DNA of 64,000 bases from Escherichia phage ECOP18. The stretch lies in sequence record NC_105825.1; one strand, given 5' to 3'. The notes under the pieces are model-generated. The model did not search any database. It worked only from the letters and a program-made list of their open reading frames with translations, and was not told where the DNA came from. The translations under genes were made by a program, and so were the position numbers. Positions 9,599 through 19,387 of this stretch are shown one piece after another (the first letter of the stretch is position 1; the number at the start of each line of letters is the position of its first letter).

Positions 9599-9870
9599 TT
9601 TTTCTTTAATTGCTTGACTTCACGCTCAAAGCTAGCTGCTCGGCGTTCTGCCACTGCTTGATGCTCCTTAGCAAAGCGTGCCTCTTGTTTTGCTAAGTTA
9701 AAGGCCATAGCGTTCTTGTTAAGAGAATCGTACATCTTCTTCATCGCCGGAATAGACATTTTCATCAGTTGCCCCTCAAATCCTTGCATGTCGAGAAGAA
9801 TTGCTAATACATTGGCCATTTCAGTCTTGGTAAGGTTAGAGGCGTCGAAGTCTTTAGTCATGTTTTCCAT
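9592..9870 (-). CDS. hypothetical protein
   Basis: ORF track frame; start moved to MENMTK downstream of the conserved promoter leader. Confidence 0.5.
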   Translation of the reverse strand: MENMTKDFDASNLTKTEMANVLAILLDMQGFEGQLMKMSIPAMKKMYDSLNKNAMAFNLAKQEARFAKEHQAVAERRAASFEREVKQLKKKC

Positions 9871-9902
9871 TAGAATTTCCTCTCTCATTAATTTATGAAC
9901 TT

Positions 9903-9931
9903 ATTATACAGAATTTTAAGGCTTAAAGCAA
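9903..9931 (-). promoter_or_regulatory. early sigma70-type promoter (TTGCTT-17-TATAAT)
   Basis: Minus-strand -35 TTGCTT and -10 TATAAT, 17-bp spacer, AT-rich upstream, conserved leader. Confidence 0.6.
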
Positions 9932-9948
9932 CTGAATTTTTTAATTAC

Positions 9949-10380
9949 TTACCAATCGTTAACAACGCCGGAGAACTCAGAAGCAAAAACTTTTTCAAAT
10001 TTCTCTGCAATTTCAGGATGATCTTTGCAGATCAGCTCAATACAGGCTTCTGGAGTCATTCCTTCATCTTCAGGATCACCGTAATACTTGTCCCAAAGAT
10101 CATCAGGGATGATGTGCTCTGCCAAATCTTGGAAAGAGATTAGCTGATAACGTTCTGCTTCCTCAGGGAGGAGGATTTCACAAAGATCTTTATCTATGTC
10201 ACTACGGTAATCAGCAATTAGCAGGGCATTGCAAGCATGACACTCCCAAACCATCAAGCGCTCAGAAATAGGATTAGACTTATCCTGAACGTAGGACTGA
10301 AACAGGGTTCGGAAAGTAGCTTTAACTTGTTCAAACTTATCTGCTGCTGCAAAAACTAGAGCTTTATCAACTTTGTTCAT
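9949..10380 (-). CDS. hypothetical protein
   Basis: ORF track 143 aa; RBS in the conserved leader. Confidence 0.55.
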   Translation of the reverse strand: MNKVDKALVFAAADKFEQVKATFRTLFQSYVQDKSNPISERLMVWECHACNALLIADYRSDIDKDLCEILLPEEAERYQLISFQDLAEHIIPDDLWDKYYGDPEDEGMTPEACIELICKDHPEIAEKFEKVFASEFSGVVNDW

Positions 10381-10410
10381 TTTTATTCCTTCTCATCAAT
10401 TTATAAAGTA

Positions 10411-10439
10411 ATTATACAGAAACTTAGGCATTTTAGCAA
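10411..10439 (-). promoter_or_regulatory. early sigma70-type promoter (TTGCTA-17-TATAAT)
   Basis: Same architecture as 9903-9931. Confidence 0.6.
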
Positions 10440-10539
10440 ATAAAACTTTTAATTAAAATGCCTAGTCCTGTGCCAATAGCAATACAAATGATTATAAGTA
10501 TTGCTACTGTTTGTATTACTCGTTTAATAATACCCATGA

Positions 10540-11061
10540 TTAGACATTTAACATCCAACTAGTTTTATCATGAGAAGTATATGTACCACTCATTATGTCT
10601 TCCAGCCGTACTGGTGATTTTGCATACTCAACGCAAACGTTAATATAACGAGGGTCTCCCATTAACTCAAAGTGAGTATGCCCGTGTAAGTTCTTCTTGC
10701 CCCTTAACTCTTCTGGATGTACTGGAGCATGGGAAAGCCAAAAGTTTTTATACTTAACTAGGGATTGTACATTATCTACTACTCCTACTAAGTCTTTGAA
10801 AGATAATCCTTCTCGCTCTAAGTCGTGGTTCCCCAAAACTAATGTAGTTCTAACATTGCTAAAGAGTTTTTCGAACTTCTCCAAACCATTTCTAGATACA
10901 AATGCATCTCCTAAAATATAAAATACTGTACGCTTATCTTTCATGGATGTAATAGTATCCATAATAAATTCATCATGCTCTTCCATAGTAGAGAAGATTG
11001 GTCTGAATTTAGTAATATTTGCATGTCCTAAGTGGAGATCACTCCAAAAGCAAACTTTCAT
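10540..11061 (-). CDS. calcineurin-like metallophosphoesterase
   Basis: 173 aa; motifs SDLHLGH, GD, GNHD, GHTH. Confidence 0.6.
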   Translation of the reverse strand: MKVCFWSDLHLGHANITKFRPIFSTMEEHDEFIMDTITSMKDKRTVFYILGDAFVSRNGLEKFEKLFSNVRTTLVLGNHDLEREGLSFKDLVGVVDNVQSLVKYKNFWLSHAPVHPEELRGKKNLHGHTHFELMGDPRYINVCVEYAKSPVRLEDIMSGTYTSHDKTSWMLNV

Positions 11062-11936
11062 TAAAGAATCCTCTGTATGCCACAGCTATCTTCTCGAAGC
11101 GTGGTAAATGTTGTGATTTTCCCCGTTTCATCATTAACTTGCGCAACTGTCAACTGCCCGTTGAAAACACCGCCAGTATCAAGATAAACACGATTCTGGT
11201 ATAAAATAGGGTAAGGTACTCCAGTATGCCCGTGAAACACAAAGTCTACCCCACTAACTGGAGGTACTTCTATCCTGTATTTTTCTTTAAATCCTGCATA
11301 ACGCTGGAAATACGAGTGTTCCTCACCCTTTTTGGACAAATGGAAGCCTATTTCTTGGATTACATCTCGATCCCATAAGTATGGTTCAACATGGTATCCA
11401 GGATGGTCGTGTGGGTCTTCCTTAGCTGCTTCTACTTGTGCAATAAGATTATCCCATACTGGGGTTTCTACTTCATTACCACATTCTTTGTACGTAAAAG
11501 GTACACCACCATGAACAACACCAAACTTCTTACCACGATGTCTAACAGTTAGGAATACTGGCATTTTTTCAGCCATATCTTCGGCAATATTTTTAATGGT
11601 ATCCTCGTCTAGCTCATTCATAGCCCACATACCGCCATTATACATCCAGTTAGCCCAATCTCCTACAATCATAAATTGGTCATGATTACCACGAACGCTA
11701 CAGAAACGTGGATTATATAGGAATTTGGCTAGAACTTGTAGGTTCTGCGTGCCCCGATCAATTAAATCCCCCACGCATACAACGCAATCTTTCTTGCCGT
11801 TATAGCCAGCTAACTGTAGTGCATCTTCTAGTAAATCGTTGCATCCATGAATATCACCAACAAAGAATAAGTTAACATCATCAGGTACTACTAGTGTTTT
11901 ATGCACATTAAATTCTTTTTTCATAATTATTCCCAA
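11061..11936 (-). CDS. Ser/Thr protein phosphatase (PPP family)
   Basis: 291 aa; GDIHG, GDLIDRG, GNHD motifs. Confidence 0.7.
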   Translation of the reverse strand: MGIIMKKEFNVHKTLVVPDDVNLFFVGDIHGCNDLLEDALQLAGYNGKKDCVVCVGDLIDRGTQNLQVLAKFLYNPRFCSVRGNHDQFMIVGDWANWMYNGGMWAMNELDEDTIKNIAEDMAEKMPVFLTVRHRGKKFGVVHGGVPFTYKECGNEVETPVWDNLIAQVEAAKEDPHDHPGYHVEPYLWDRDVIQEIGFHLSKKGEEHSYFQRYAGFKEKYRIEVPPVSGVDFVFHGHTGVPYPILYQNRVYLDTGGVFNGQLTVAQVNDETGKITTFTTLREDSCGIQRIL

Positions 11937-12172
11937 ATAACATTTAAAATAGTTGTACCATAATTATTTGATAGTTTTAGAGTATAACCATCTTTATAGA
12001 GGGCTTTTATAGCTTCATAACTAATTTCATCACGATTAAATTGTATAAAAGAACCCCCAGCCTCTACAGAAGCTAGAATCCGTCTTTTAACGTATCTATA
12101 CGGCTTCTTTCTGCTCTTGAGAAGAGCAGCTCTATTAACTCTAGCTAAACGTTTTGCTTGCTCTGCTAACAT
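11927..12172 (-). CDS. hypothetical protein
   Basis: ORF track 81 aa; RBS aggagg in the leader. Confidence 0.5.
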   Translation of the reverse strand: MLAEQAKRLARVNRAALLKSRKKPYRYVKRRILASVEAGGSFIQFNRDEISYEAIKALYKDGYTLKLSNNYGTTILNVIWE

Positions 12173-12199
12173 TTAATCCTCCTATCAATCTATATAAAT

Positions 12200-12228
12200 A
12201 TTATACCAAAATTTTTAGCAAAAAGCAA
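12200..12228 (-). promoter_or_regulatory. early sigma70-type promoter (TTGCTT-17-TATAAT)
   Basis: Same architecture. Confidence 0.55.
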
Positions 12229-12269
12229 GTAAAATAAAAGCCTGATCAGCTAAGATCATGCTTTGTTTA

Positions 12270-12560
12270 TTAGTCCTCTGGATTATCATCCAGGAAATTT
12301 TTAATAGCTTCGTGCATAGTTTCTTTACGAAGCTGACGTCCAATCAGAATATGATTAGCTTCTACTCGACCATTAGGTAAGCGATCCGCCAGAACTACTA
12401 CAGGAACTTGGCGTACTCCAAATTTCTGCATTAATTCTGTATTATCAGTCTCTTTATGGACTTCCAAATTATATTCATTGACTACTTTATCAAATACTGG
12501 CTCAAACATTTTGCAAGGATTGCAAGTAGAACCTTTCAATAGATATACTAATTTACTCAT
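12270..12560 (-). CDS. thioredoxin/glutaredoxin-like protein
   Basis: 96 aa; CNPC active-site-like CxxC near the N-terminus. Confidence 0.55.
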   Translation of the reverse strand: MSKLVYLLKGSTCNPCKMFEPVFDKVVNEYNLEVHKETDNTELMQKFGVRQVPVVVLADRLPNGRVEANHILIGRQLRKETMHEAIKNFLDDNPED

Positions 12561-12984
12561 AGTTATTAATGGCCTCTAAGAAGTTTTTCATAGTTTTTAC
12601 GGTTGCGGTGCTCAGATCAAGACTTACACCCAAACACTCGGTTAGTGCTTCCTGATAAGGAGCCTTTAATCTGCCTTCTGGGACTTCTACCTTCTTATAT
12701 TCTTTATTTTTGACCTTTTTAATCATAGTCTCTAGTACAAGAAGCGGTAATTTAGCACCTTCAATATCAGTACCCAAAAGTTCAGTTAAAATTTTATTAA
12801 GATCAAGACGAGTTAACTTTTTGCCCTTAGACATAGATGCACCTACCTTTGTATCAATAGATTTTTCCGCTTTCTTTTCGAGCTTTTTGTACTCAGGAGA
12901 GTCATGATTACGGAGTGCAATGTTTAGCTCGTAATGTGGTATACGAAAATGTTCCGCCATTTGAGTATAGAAACGATCAGACAT
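12553..12984 (-). CDS. hypothetical protein
   Basis: ORF track 143 aa. Confidence 0.5.
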   Translation of the reverse strand: MSDRFYTQMAEHFRIPHYELNIALRNHDSPEYKKLEKKAEKSIDTKVGASMSKGKKLTRLDLNKILTELLGTDIEGAKLPLLVLETMIKKVKNKEYKKVEVPEGRLKAPYQEALTECLGVSLDLSTATVKTMKNFLEAINNYE

Positions 12985-13059
12985 AATATATACCTCTCTT
13001 AACTAATTTATGTATATATTATATAATAACTAGGGCTAAAAGTCAACTACTTTTTTATC

Positions 13060-13476
13060 TTAATTTACTGCATGTATAAATCTTTTCCTAACTAGATACA
13101 TAGTTATTGGGTAAATTGAGTACATAAGTATCGGGGAGAAAAGGGTGAAATACGCTGTAACTCCCCCAGCTAACATCAAAGGTATTAATGCTAGAGTAAG
13201 GGCCATAAGAATCATACCGAATGAAACAGCCAAAGCTATGGATATAGGATTCTCTAGTTCCATCCATAACCAACAATATTTCGTATCTCTATGGCAATTG
13301 CATTTACAAACGCCGAATGAACCCATAATTATATACTCTAGTCCGTGAATAACCTTTATTAATAAGCTATTTCGGGTAGTTAATGCAATGATAGTAAAGA
13401 CTATCATTAAAACGAATACTACTAGACTTATTTTCCAGATACCTAGCAGCATCATAGTGAATAGTTCTGCAAACAT
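13060..13476 (-). CDS. multi-pass membrane protein
   Basis: 138 aa, at least 3 hydrophobic segments. Confidence 0.5.
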   Translation of the reverse strand: MFAELFTMMLLGIWKISLVVFVLMIVFTIIALTTRNSLLIKVIHGLEYIIMGSFGVCKCNCHRDTKYCWLWMELENPISIALAVSFGMILMALTLALIPLMLAGGVTAYFTLFSPILMYSIYPITMYLVRKRFIHAVN

Positions 13477-13553
13477 GGCTTTCTCCTATCTTCAAAAATT
13501 ATTAAAGCCCCCTTTGCCTAAAAAGGCGGGAATATTCCCGCCTCAGTTATTAA

Positions 13554-13967
13554 TTAAACTAGTTCGACATGACCGCCATCATAGGTACCACGTTTTATTT
13601 CATCGTGATAATCTCCTGAAGCATTCCAATCGGCACCAAAACGAAGTTTAATGCCTAGTTCTTTACCAGCTTGTTCAAAAGCCTTTTTAACTGCCCAAAA
13701 TGCTTCTAGGTCATTCCAATCAATCTTGCCATTAATGTATGGAGCAAAATCAAGAGCATCTCCAGTAATATGCTTGCTTTTACTAGGATCTTTTAAAAAT
13801 GAAGTACCATTAGCAATATTCTGGGCACTTTGTGCTACTGTACGAATACCCTGTACGATCGTGAAATCATATGGAGATAATTCTAAAGCTCTACGAGCTA
13901 CTTTTTGTAGCTCTGGCTTAACGGTAGCTAATTGTTTTTCGCTATTTTTACCAAATTTAAAACTCAT
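13554..13967 (-). CDS. lys: endolysin (L-alanyl-D-glutamate peptidase-like)
   Basis: 137 aa, the size I recall for T5 endolysin; sits immediately downstream of the putative holin; assignment from memory, not a search. Confidence 0.55.
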   Translation of the reverse strand: MSFKFGKNSEKQLATVKPELQKVARRALELSPYDFTIVQGIRTVAQSAQNIANGTSFLKDPSKSKHITGDALDFAPYINGKIDWNDLEAFWAVKKAFEQAGKELGIKLRFGADWNASGDYHDEIKRGTYDGGHVELV

Positions 13968-14620
13968 ATTGATCTACCTAAAGATCTCTGTTGTGGGGAA
14001 CAGAGCTTTGTTAAATACTCGTTAAATTTCTCAGAATCGGCTGCATCTACAGGATTATCTTTCCAAGCAATACCAATATATCCAGCATAGATATTGTTTA
14101 GATTGAAATACGGACAAGTGTATATGTAATTAAAAGTAACGTTCTTAAACGCAGGTATATTTAACCCCATGTATTTATTTACTTTTACACTTAAATCCGA
14201 CGCGTAGTTAAAGCCGTCTAAGTGACGTCTATATAGCTCAGACGTCTTATTTACCGCTTTATCGGCCAAGTCAGCCCTATCTAATTGCGCATTGCTTTCC
14301 CATGCAATAATGTTAGAATAATCATTAATGGCATCGGGTTTATACTTGACTACAAAAACAGCATCCGCACCCGTTTGGGAAAAAAGCACCATGCTCTTTT
14401 CTCTAGCTACGTTAGGAAAATTACTTATCCTTTGAGTTTGAACATCCTGTAGAACCGCAGACGTGGAGAAAGTCTTTAAGAATGACATCACCTCACTAGT
14501 ATTACTAACAAATAAGAAAATAATGACAGCAACTAAGATAGTTAGCAGACGTTTAAGAAGCGATGCTGGATCTTTCGCTTCTTGGAGCAGTACCGTTAAT
14601 AATTGTAAGAACTTTTCCAA
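13964..14620 (-). CDS. hol: putative holin
   Basis: 218 aa; N-terminal TM helix; TTG start with GGAGG RBS; 4-nt overlap with the endolysin gene. Confidence 0.45.
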   Translation of the reverse strand: MEKFLQLLTVLLQEAKDPASLLKRLLTILVAVIIFLFVSNTSEVMSFLKTFSTSAVLQDVQTQRISNFPNVAREKSMVLFSQTGADAVFVVKYKPDAINDYSNIIAWESNAQLDRADLADKAVNKTSELYRRHLDGFNYASDLSVKVNKYMGLNIPAFKNVTFNYIYTCPYFNLNNIYAGYIGIAWKDNPVDAADSEKFNEYLTKLCSPQQRSLGRSI

Positions 14621-14737
14621 TTGTAACCTCCTCTAACCAGTACCATTATACTAATTTTGGAGGAAAATTACAATGTGTTTTTAAAGATTTTCTTTGGAGC
14701 ACAAAATTTTGTCGTTGTCAAGAAGAATTTTAGATAA

Positions 14738-14770
14738 AAGAAAAGCCAGGGTCGTTAAACCCTGGCTTAA
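14738..14770 (-). terminator. rho-independent terminator
   Basis: Hairpin ccagggt/accctgg followed by a U-run on the minus transcript, just after the ClpP-like gene. Confidence 0.55.
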
Positions 14771-14776
14771 AACTAC

Positions 14777-15376
14777 TTACTCTTCTTTATGCTCCTCTGA
14801 TTGAGGTAACTGGGCTTTATTATACTGCTCAGATCGATATTTTGCCAAGATTTCAATACGCTTATGGATTTCTTTGCTATCTAGATAGATATTTTTGTTG
14901 TATTTTACCATCTCGTCGATTTCGTCTATTGAGAAGAACGGATAGTAGACATCTAGCATCATATCTTCTACTAACTTGTTGTAAGATTCATAGGCTTTCT
15001 TGATTTCTTGACCCTTCTCACAGAATCCGCCAGAGAACGTGTGTCCCATTAGCGTAGCATGTGGATGTACTACCCATCCATGACAGGATAGGAAAATTGT
15101 ACAGTAAGCAGAAGCACTAGGACCAACCAGATGCCCTATAACTGTTCCACGGCAATTAGCAATTAAGTTAGATAACTGTGCAGCAGTATCAACATAACCA
15201 CCTGGGCCATTAATCATCAGATTAATTTCGTCGTCCTCATTTGCCTGCATAAGTACCATTGATAAATCACGGTATTCATCCGGCGGGCCTAATTCTTCAT
15301 CAAAGAAAAAGGTATACTCATTAGATTGGCGAATGGAGTGAAACAGGTTAGTCTTTTCTTCTTTTTTATTAGTCAT
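14777..15376 (-). CDS. ClpP-like serine protease
   Basis: 199 aa; NGPGG and S14-like core residues. Confidence 0.5.
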   Translation of the reverse strand: MTNKKEEKTNLFHSIRQSNEYTFFFDEELGPPDEYRDLSMVLMQANEDDEINLMINGPGGYVDTAAQLSNLIANCRGTVIGHLVGPSASAYCTIFLSCHGWVVHPHATLMGHTFSGGFCEKGQEIKKAYESYNKLVEDMMLDVYYPFFSIDEIDEMVKYNKNIYLDSKEIHKRIEILAKYRSEQYNKAQLPQSEEHKEE

Positions 15377-15388
15377 AGCGATCCTTGA

Positions 15389-16141
15389 TTATCCAACTAG
15401 TGGTTCTAGCTCTAAGTCACAGAAGTTATAAACTTCTAGTTTAAGGTTATTGATACCATCGAATTTATTAACTAATTCGTGAGTAATATATTTTGCAGGA
15501 ATACCACTTTCAGATGGATGATCTGATTTAATAGTGAACTTCTGCTCAGCGGGTACTACATTTACTATCAAAGAATCCATATCTAAATGGTTTGTTTCTC
15601 TGAGTAACTCTCCTTCATTGGGGAATCTAACATCTGTTATTACGGCGACATCTGGGTCGTCTTTAAAGATGGATTGCTCCAGAATTATGAGCCAAATGCG
15701 TTCATGCACCAGCTGCCTTCCTAGCTCTGTCCCTACGAGCTGTAACATTTTTCTCGGAGAAATAAATAAACTATAAAGTCCGTCTTCTTTATTCTCTGAG
15801 ATAAGTTGTTGAGGATTAAGATATTTTTCCTCAAAAATAGGCCAAACGTACGAGAAGTCTTCAAACTTATCGATACCGTACTTAAACCACACATCTCTGG
15901 CTCGCTCCAATTGAGATTGTGTGACCGTAAACCATTGGTCAATCTCTTTTCCTCTGCGCTCTCCTAGAAACTCTGGAGTTACACCGAGGATTACGGATGC
16001 AAGTTCATAAACAGGCTTAGCAAAACTATAACGACGGGATAAACACGTTGGATACGTGTCATTACACCAATCGATAATTAATTTTGCAACGGTATCTTTT
16101 CCCGAACCAGCTTCACCATGTAAACCAACTAATACTGACAT
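15389..16141 (-). CDS. P-loop kinase (dNMP-kinase-like)
   Basis: 250 aa; Walker A GEAGSGKDT at the N-terminus. Confidence 0.55.
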   Translation of the reverse strand: MSVLVGLHGEAGSGKDTVAKLIIDWCNDTYPTCLSRRYSFAKPVYELASVILGVTPEFLGERRGKEIDQWFTVTQSQLERARDVWFKYGIDKFEDFSYVWPIFEEKYLNPQQLISENKEDGLYSLFISPRKMLQLVGTELGRQLVHERIWLIILEQSIFKDDPDVAVITDVRFPNEGELLRETNHLDMDSLIVNVVPAEQKFTIKSDHPSESGIPAKYITHELVNKFDGINNLKLEVYNFCDLELEPLVG

Positions 16142-16494
16142 TAATCTTTCCTATTGTTAATTGGTGGATAGTAAACTAAGCAACGTTTTTCTTGTAAATC
16201 TTGGCGATAGAAGCAAACCATACCAGTCAGTCGTGAGATATATGAATATTCTGCCTCGCGGCATTTTGCCAACATATTCCAATCTTTATATGGTACAACA
16301 ACTACTACGCCATCTTCGCCATTTGTAGCTAATTTCTTTTCGAATTTGAAATCAAAGCTACAAGGCTGAAGTCCTTTAGGCCAGTCTACATGAGCTTGCT
16401 TTAACTCATGAGATGACTCTGGTTTTATTTCTTCTGCACAGCCTGTGATTGTGATTGCGGCTGCGAGCAGTATTCCAAGTTTCCAGTTAAACAC
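16141..16494 (-). CDS. lipoprotein (possible o-spanin)
   Basis: 117 aa; lipobox LAAAITITGC; 70-nt out-of-frame overlap with the upstream TM/coiled-coil gene. Confidence 0.4.
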   Translation of the reverse strand: MFNWKLGILLAAAITITGCAEEIKPESSHELKQAHVDWPKGLQPCSFDFKFEKKLATNGEDGVVVVVPYKDWNMLAKCREAEYSYISRLTGMVCFYRQDLQEKRCLVYYPPINNRKD

Positions 16495-16874
16495 GCTAAT
16501 CTTTCCTCGAACTCTTTACTCTGCTTTTTAGCAATTAATGTTACCAATCCAGGCTTTGCAGCTATAATATCTTGGCGACTAAGAGCTTTATCTAACTGCT
16601 TAATCTTTTTGTCTAGATCTGCTTGCGAAATATTATTCATTGTGAAATACTGATTCATTCTAGTCTCACGAAGTTCACTTTCAGCTTTCACCTTATTAAG
16701 GGAAGCCTCTAGAGAAGAAATCTTTTTAGTAGCTACCGCAAGATCTCCCGCTAAAGTCTCCACTTTATCTACTAAGTGATAAGCACCGAATCCGATGCCT
16801 ATCGCTAGACCTGCTCCCAGGATATACCACTTACCGTGCCATATTCCTGAAAGAAGTTTTTGTATCAAATCCAT
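16425..16874 (-). CDS. TM plus coiled-coil protein (possible i-spanin)
   Basis: 149 aa; N-terminal TM helix then a long predicted coiled coil. Confidence 0.4.
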   Translation of the reverse strand: MDLIQKLLSGIWHGKWYILGAGLAIGIGFGAYHLVDKVETLAGDLAVATKKISSLEASLNKVKAESELRETRMNQYFTMNNISQADLDKKIKQLDKALSRQDIIAAKPGLVTLIAKKQSKEFEERLACLTGNLEYCSQPQSQSQAVQKK

Positions 16875-17529
16875 GCGCTGCTAACCTGTCTTTATCTGAT
16901 ACTTTAATCATATCAGGCTCACCAGTTCCTAGTACACCGAAGATATACTGTTCGAGAACTTGGTGTAAACGGTATAAGTTACTTTCAATTTCCTGCCACG
17001 GAATACCGGACTGATGGAAACGAATGTTAGTCTGAATTACGAAGTTACGAACATCATCGTTATCGTTCTTCTTAATACCTTTCACATATGCAATTGGTAC
17101 ACGCAGTTCGGATAAGATGCGTTCTGCTTTAGGTTTTGCTTCAGCGAGCAAATCACGCATTGTTTCACGAACATCTCCGAGACTCTTATCCATTAAGTAA
17201 GAGCGAGCATGTAATCCCATCTCTTCCATTTTATCGAACATAGAGTCGAGGTTGAACGTTTTGAAGCTAAATGCTGGATGCCAGCAGTATAGCTCGTGTA
17301 ACCAGTAAACTTCACCTGCAACAAATAGTGGGTTTACAAAATATTCGAAATCACCACGGAAAGATAGCGAACCATCACGAAATACCTGGCGACTATGCAC
17401 GATGTTCTTTTCTGCATCATCAGTTACTTTAACCAGTAACTCTTCAGTTTTACGCTCCCAAACACGATCTGGGTCGAACAAACTGTTCTGCAAATCATAC
17501 ACATCGGCGAACTTAGAAATAATCCTCAT
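16831..17529 (-). CDS. hypothetical protein
   Basis: ORF track 232 aa; RBS in the leader. Confidence 0.55.
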   Translation of the reverse strand: MRIISKFADVYDLQNSLFDPDRVWERKTEELLVKVTDDAEKNIVHSRQVFRDGSLSFRGDFEYFVNPLFVAGEVYWLHELYCWHPAFSFKTFNLDSMFDKMEEMGLHARSYLMDKSLGDVRETMRDLLAEAKPKAERILSELRVPIAYVKGIKKNDNDDVRNFVIQTNIRFHQSGIPWQEIESNLYRLHQVLEQYIFGVLGTGEPDMIKVSDKDRLAAHGFDTKTSFRNMAR

Positions 17530-17560
17530 ATTTAATCCTCTTGCCTCAATCTATAAACAT

Positions 17561-17589
17561 ATTATACAAAAGTTTGGGCATCTAAGCAA
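17561..17589 (-). promoter_or_regulatory. early sigma70-type promoter (TTGCTT-17-TATAAT)
   Basis: Same architecture. Confidence 0.6.
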
Positions 17590-17611
17590 CTAAAATTTTA
17601 TTATAAAAATA

Positions 17612-17645
17612 GCCCAGTCGCAAAAGTGCAGGCTGGGCTTTGTCA
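17612..17645 (-). terminator. rho-independent terminator (hairpin could act on both strands)
   Basis: agcccag...ctgggct hairpin with T/U runs on both sides. Confidence 0.5.
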
Positions 17646-17683
17646 TTATTTGCTTTTGCTAGTAAGCTGACTTAGTGTCAATC

Positions 17684-18064
17684 TTATGTAATATTAGTTT
17701 TTCTAGCTTTGTGCAGTACCCCTGCATTTCTCCATAACTTAATATCATCTACTGTTTCTTTATAAGGAGCTATGGTAAAACCTAGTGGGCCAGCACTAAA
17801 TAATCCTAAGAATCCTATTGCACGCATATAGAATAAGCATTCTTCGCCTGTCATTCCTTCAACTGCTTTTCTTTGTTTTTCGTTTTCAAACTCGTGCTCC
17901 TTGTTGTCTATACGAAGGTGTTTAATGAACCATTCAGCAGAATATTCATCTAAGTGTCTAAGTATAGCTACTGCATACCCAGCGCCGATTAAAAACCAAG
18001 TGGTAACAAGAATTAGTACTATAGTCATATAATCTCCAGTTAAGGTCAGCGACCAACTCACCAC
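17684..18064 (-). CDS. membrane protein
   Basis: 126 aa, two TM helices. Confidence 0.5.
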   Translation of the reverse strand: MVSWSLTLTGDYMTIVLILVTTWFLIGAGYAVAILRHLDEYSAEWFIKHLRIDNKEHEFENEKQRKAVEGMTGEECLFYMRAIGFLGLFSAGPLGFTIAPYKETVDDIKLWRNAGVLHKARKTNIT

Positions 18065-18138
18065 TTACCGCACTAAGGGGCACGACTCCCTTATCCGTAA
18101 CAGTTGCAGGTGACGCAACTCGGTCCTACGCGAGTTCT

Positions 18139-18423
18139 TTAGGTATTCTGCATTTCAGCTTTAAATTTTTTCATATTACGAGTCTTTCTATAAAAGAAAA
18201 ACACATATGTTGGGCCTAGAAGAATATCCACAATAAATATCATAGATCTAGCACATCTGAGTAATGTTTTATCATCAAGAGGAGGCAGATCTAACGGTCG
18301 AGTTTTATGTATAACGTATAATATTACATCTTTATTCTTAGAAATATACAGATCATCAACCAAGCTGTAAATAGCTACTATAGACCCAATGACGAACCAA
18401 AGAGCAAATGGAGAAATAATCAT
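18139..18423 (-). CDS. membrane protein
   Basis: 94 aa, hydrophobic. Confidence 0.45.
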   Translation of the reverse strand: MIISPFALWFVIGSIVAIYSLVDDLYISKNKDVILYVIHKTRPLDLPPLDDKTLLRCARSMIFIVDILLGPTYVFFFYRKTRNMKKFKAEMQNT

Positions 18424-18716
18424 TTCAGATCCTTTTCATTAATTAGAATATTAGTAAACAGTGGAGTAACCCCTAGACTCATAGTAGGTCCAAACGTATT
18501 CATGGCTACCCACAATTGCATAGTGATCATCCCATCTTTAATCTCCGGATCTTTATATTCTTCGATACGTTTTTTGGCAAAGGCAACTACATCTGGAATA
18601 CTACCGTTCTTTACAACATGATCATGCCAAAACTGAGCGTTTTCACTTCGTAGGAATGTTAAAACATCCTTAGTTGCTGGAATCTGCACTGTGCTATTGA
18701 TGTTTAGTCTTTTCAC
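18420..18716 (-). CDS. hypothetical protein
   Basis: ORF track 98 aa. Confidence 0.5.
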   Translation of the reverse strand: MKRLNINSTVQIPATKDVLTFLRSENAQFWHDHVVKNGSIPDVVAFAKKRIEEYKDPEIKDGMITMQLWVAMNTFGPTMSLGVTPLFTNILINEKDLK

Positions 18717-19113
18717 GTTCTTCTCTCCGACGTTTAGATTCTTTCATCATATGAGCTGCTACAACTTCGTGGTAGTAGTCATTAATGTTATCTTCTGGCA
18801 AGAAATGCTTAATAGTCTCTAGCTGACAAATAACTCGATGAAGATGGCTATTTGGTAGACATAATTTCATCCCCGCAACAAATCCAGAGAAGCCTGGAAC
18901 ACTGAACATAGGTTGGGCTTCTACTCTACCTTCAGAGTTGATATTAAGCTCAATTGAGATACCCATTTTCATGCTGTAAAGCTGGCAGTACTCCCCATTA
19001 CCAGACCTTGACCAAATAGTGAAGTCCTCATCAATTTGATCTTGGATTTCTGTAATTGCAAATTTAATTCTAGGGTCTAAATTATTCATCTTCACCTTCA
19101 AAGTCGCAATCAT
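18694..19113 (-). CDS. hypothetical protein
   Basis: ORF track 139 aa. Confidence 0.5.
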   Translation of the reverse strand: MIATLKVKMNNLDPRIKFAITEIQDQIDEDFTIWSRSGNGEYCQLYSMKMGISIELNINSEGRVEAQPMFSVPGFSGFVAGMKLCLPNSHLHRVICQLETIKHFLPEDNINDYYHEVVAAHMMKESKRRREEREKTKHQ

Positions 19114-19387
19114 AACGACAAGTAAAAGAATCAGAACTATTAGTACGTTGAGTGGTTATTTCACCGCGTTTGCTAATAGTAACGGCTGGAGTAGAGAAGT
19201 TTTTATTAGTATATATTTCTACTTTACCATTACGTTCCTTAACATCACGAACTTTACCATACTCGGTAATAATGCCGTTCTGTTGGACTTTAACATTACC
19301 ATTTTTCATAGAAACTTTGGTAGATGCCAGAGAACCGAAACTAACTGCGGAGATCATCAGTGCAATAATAAACTTATTCATCTTCAT
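19082..19387 (-). CDS. secreted protein (signal peptide)
   Basis: ORF track frame; start moved to MKMNKFIIALMISAVSFGSLAS. Confidence 0.4.
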   Translation of the reverse strand: MKMNKFIIALMISAVSFGSLASTKVSMKNGNVKVQQNGIITEYGKVRDVKERNGKVEIYTNKNFSTPAVTISKRGEITTQRTNSSDSFTCRYDCDFEGEDE

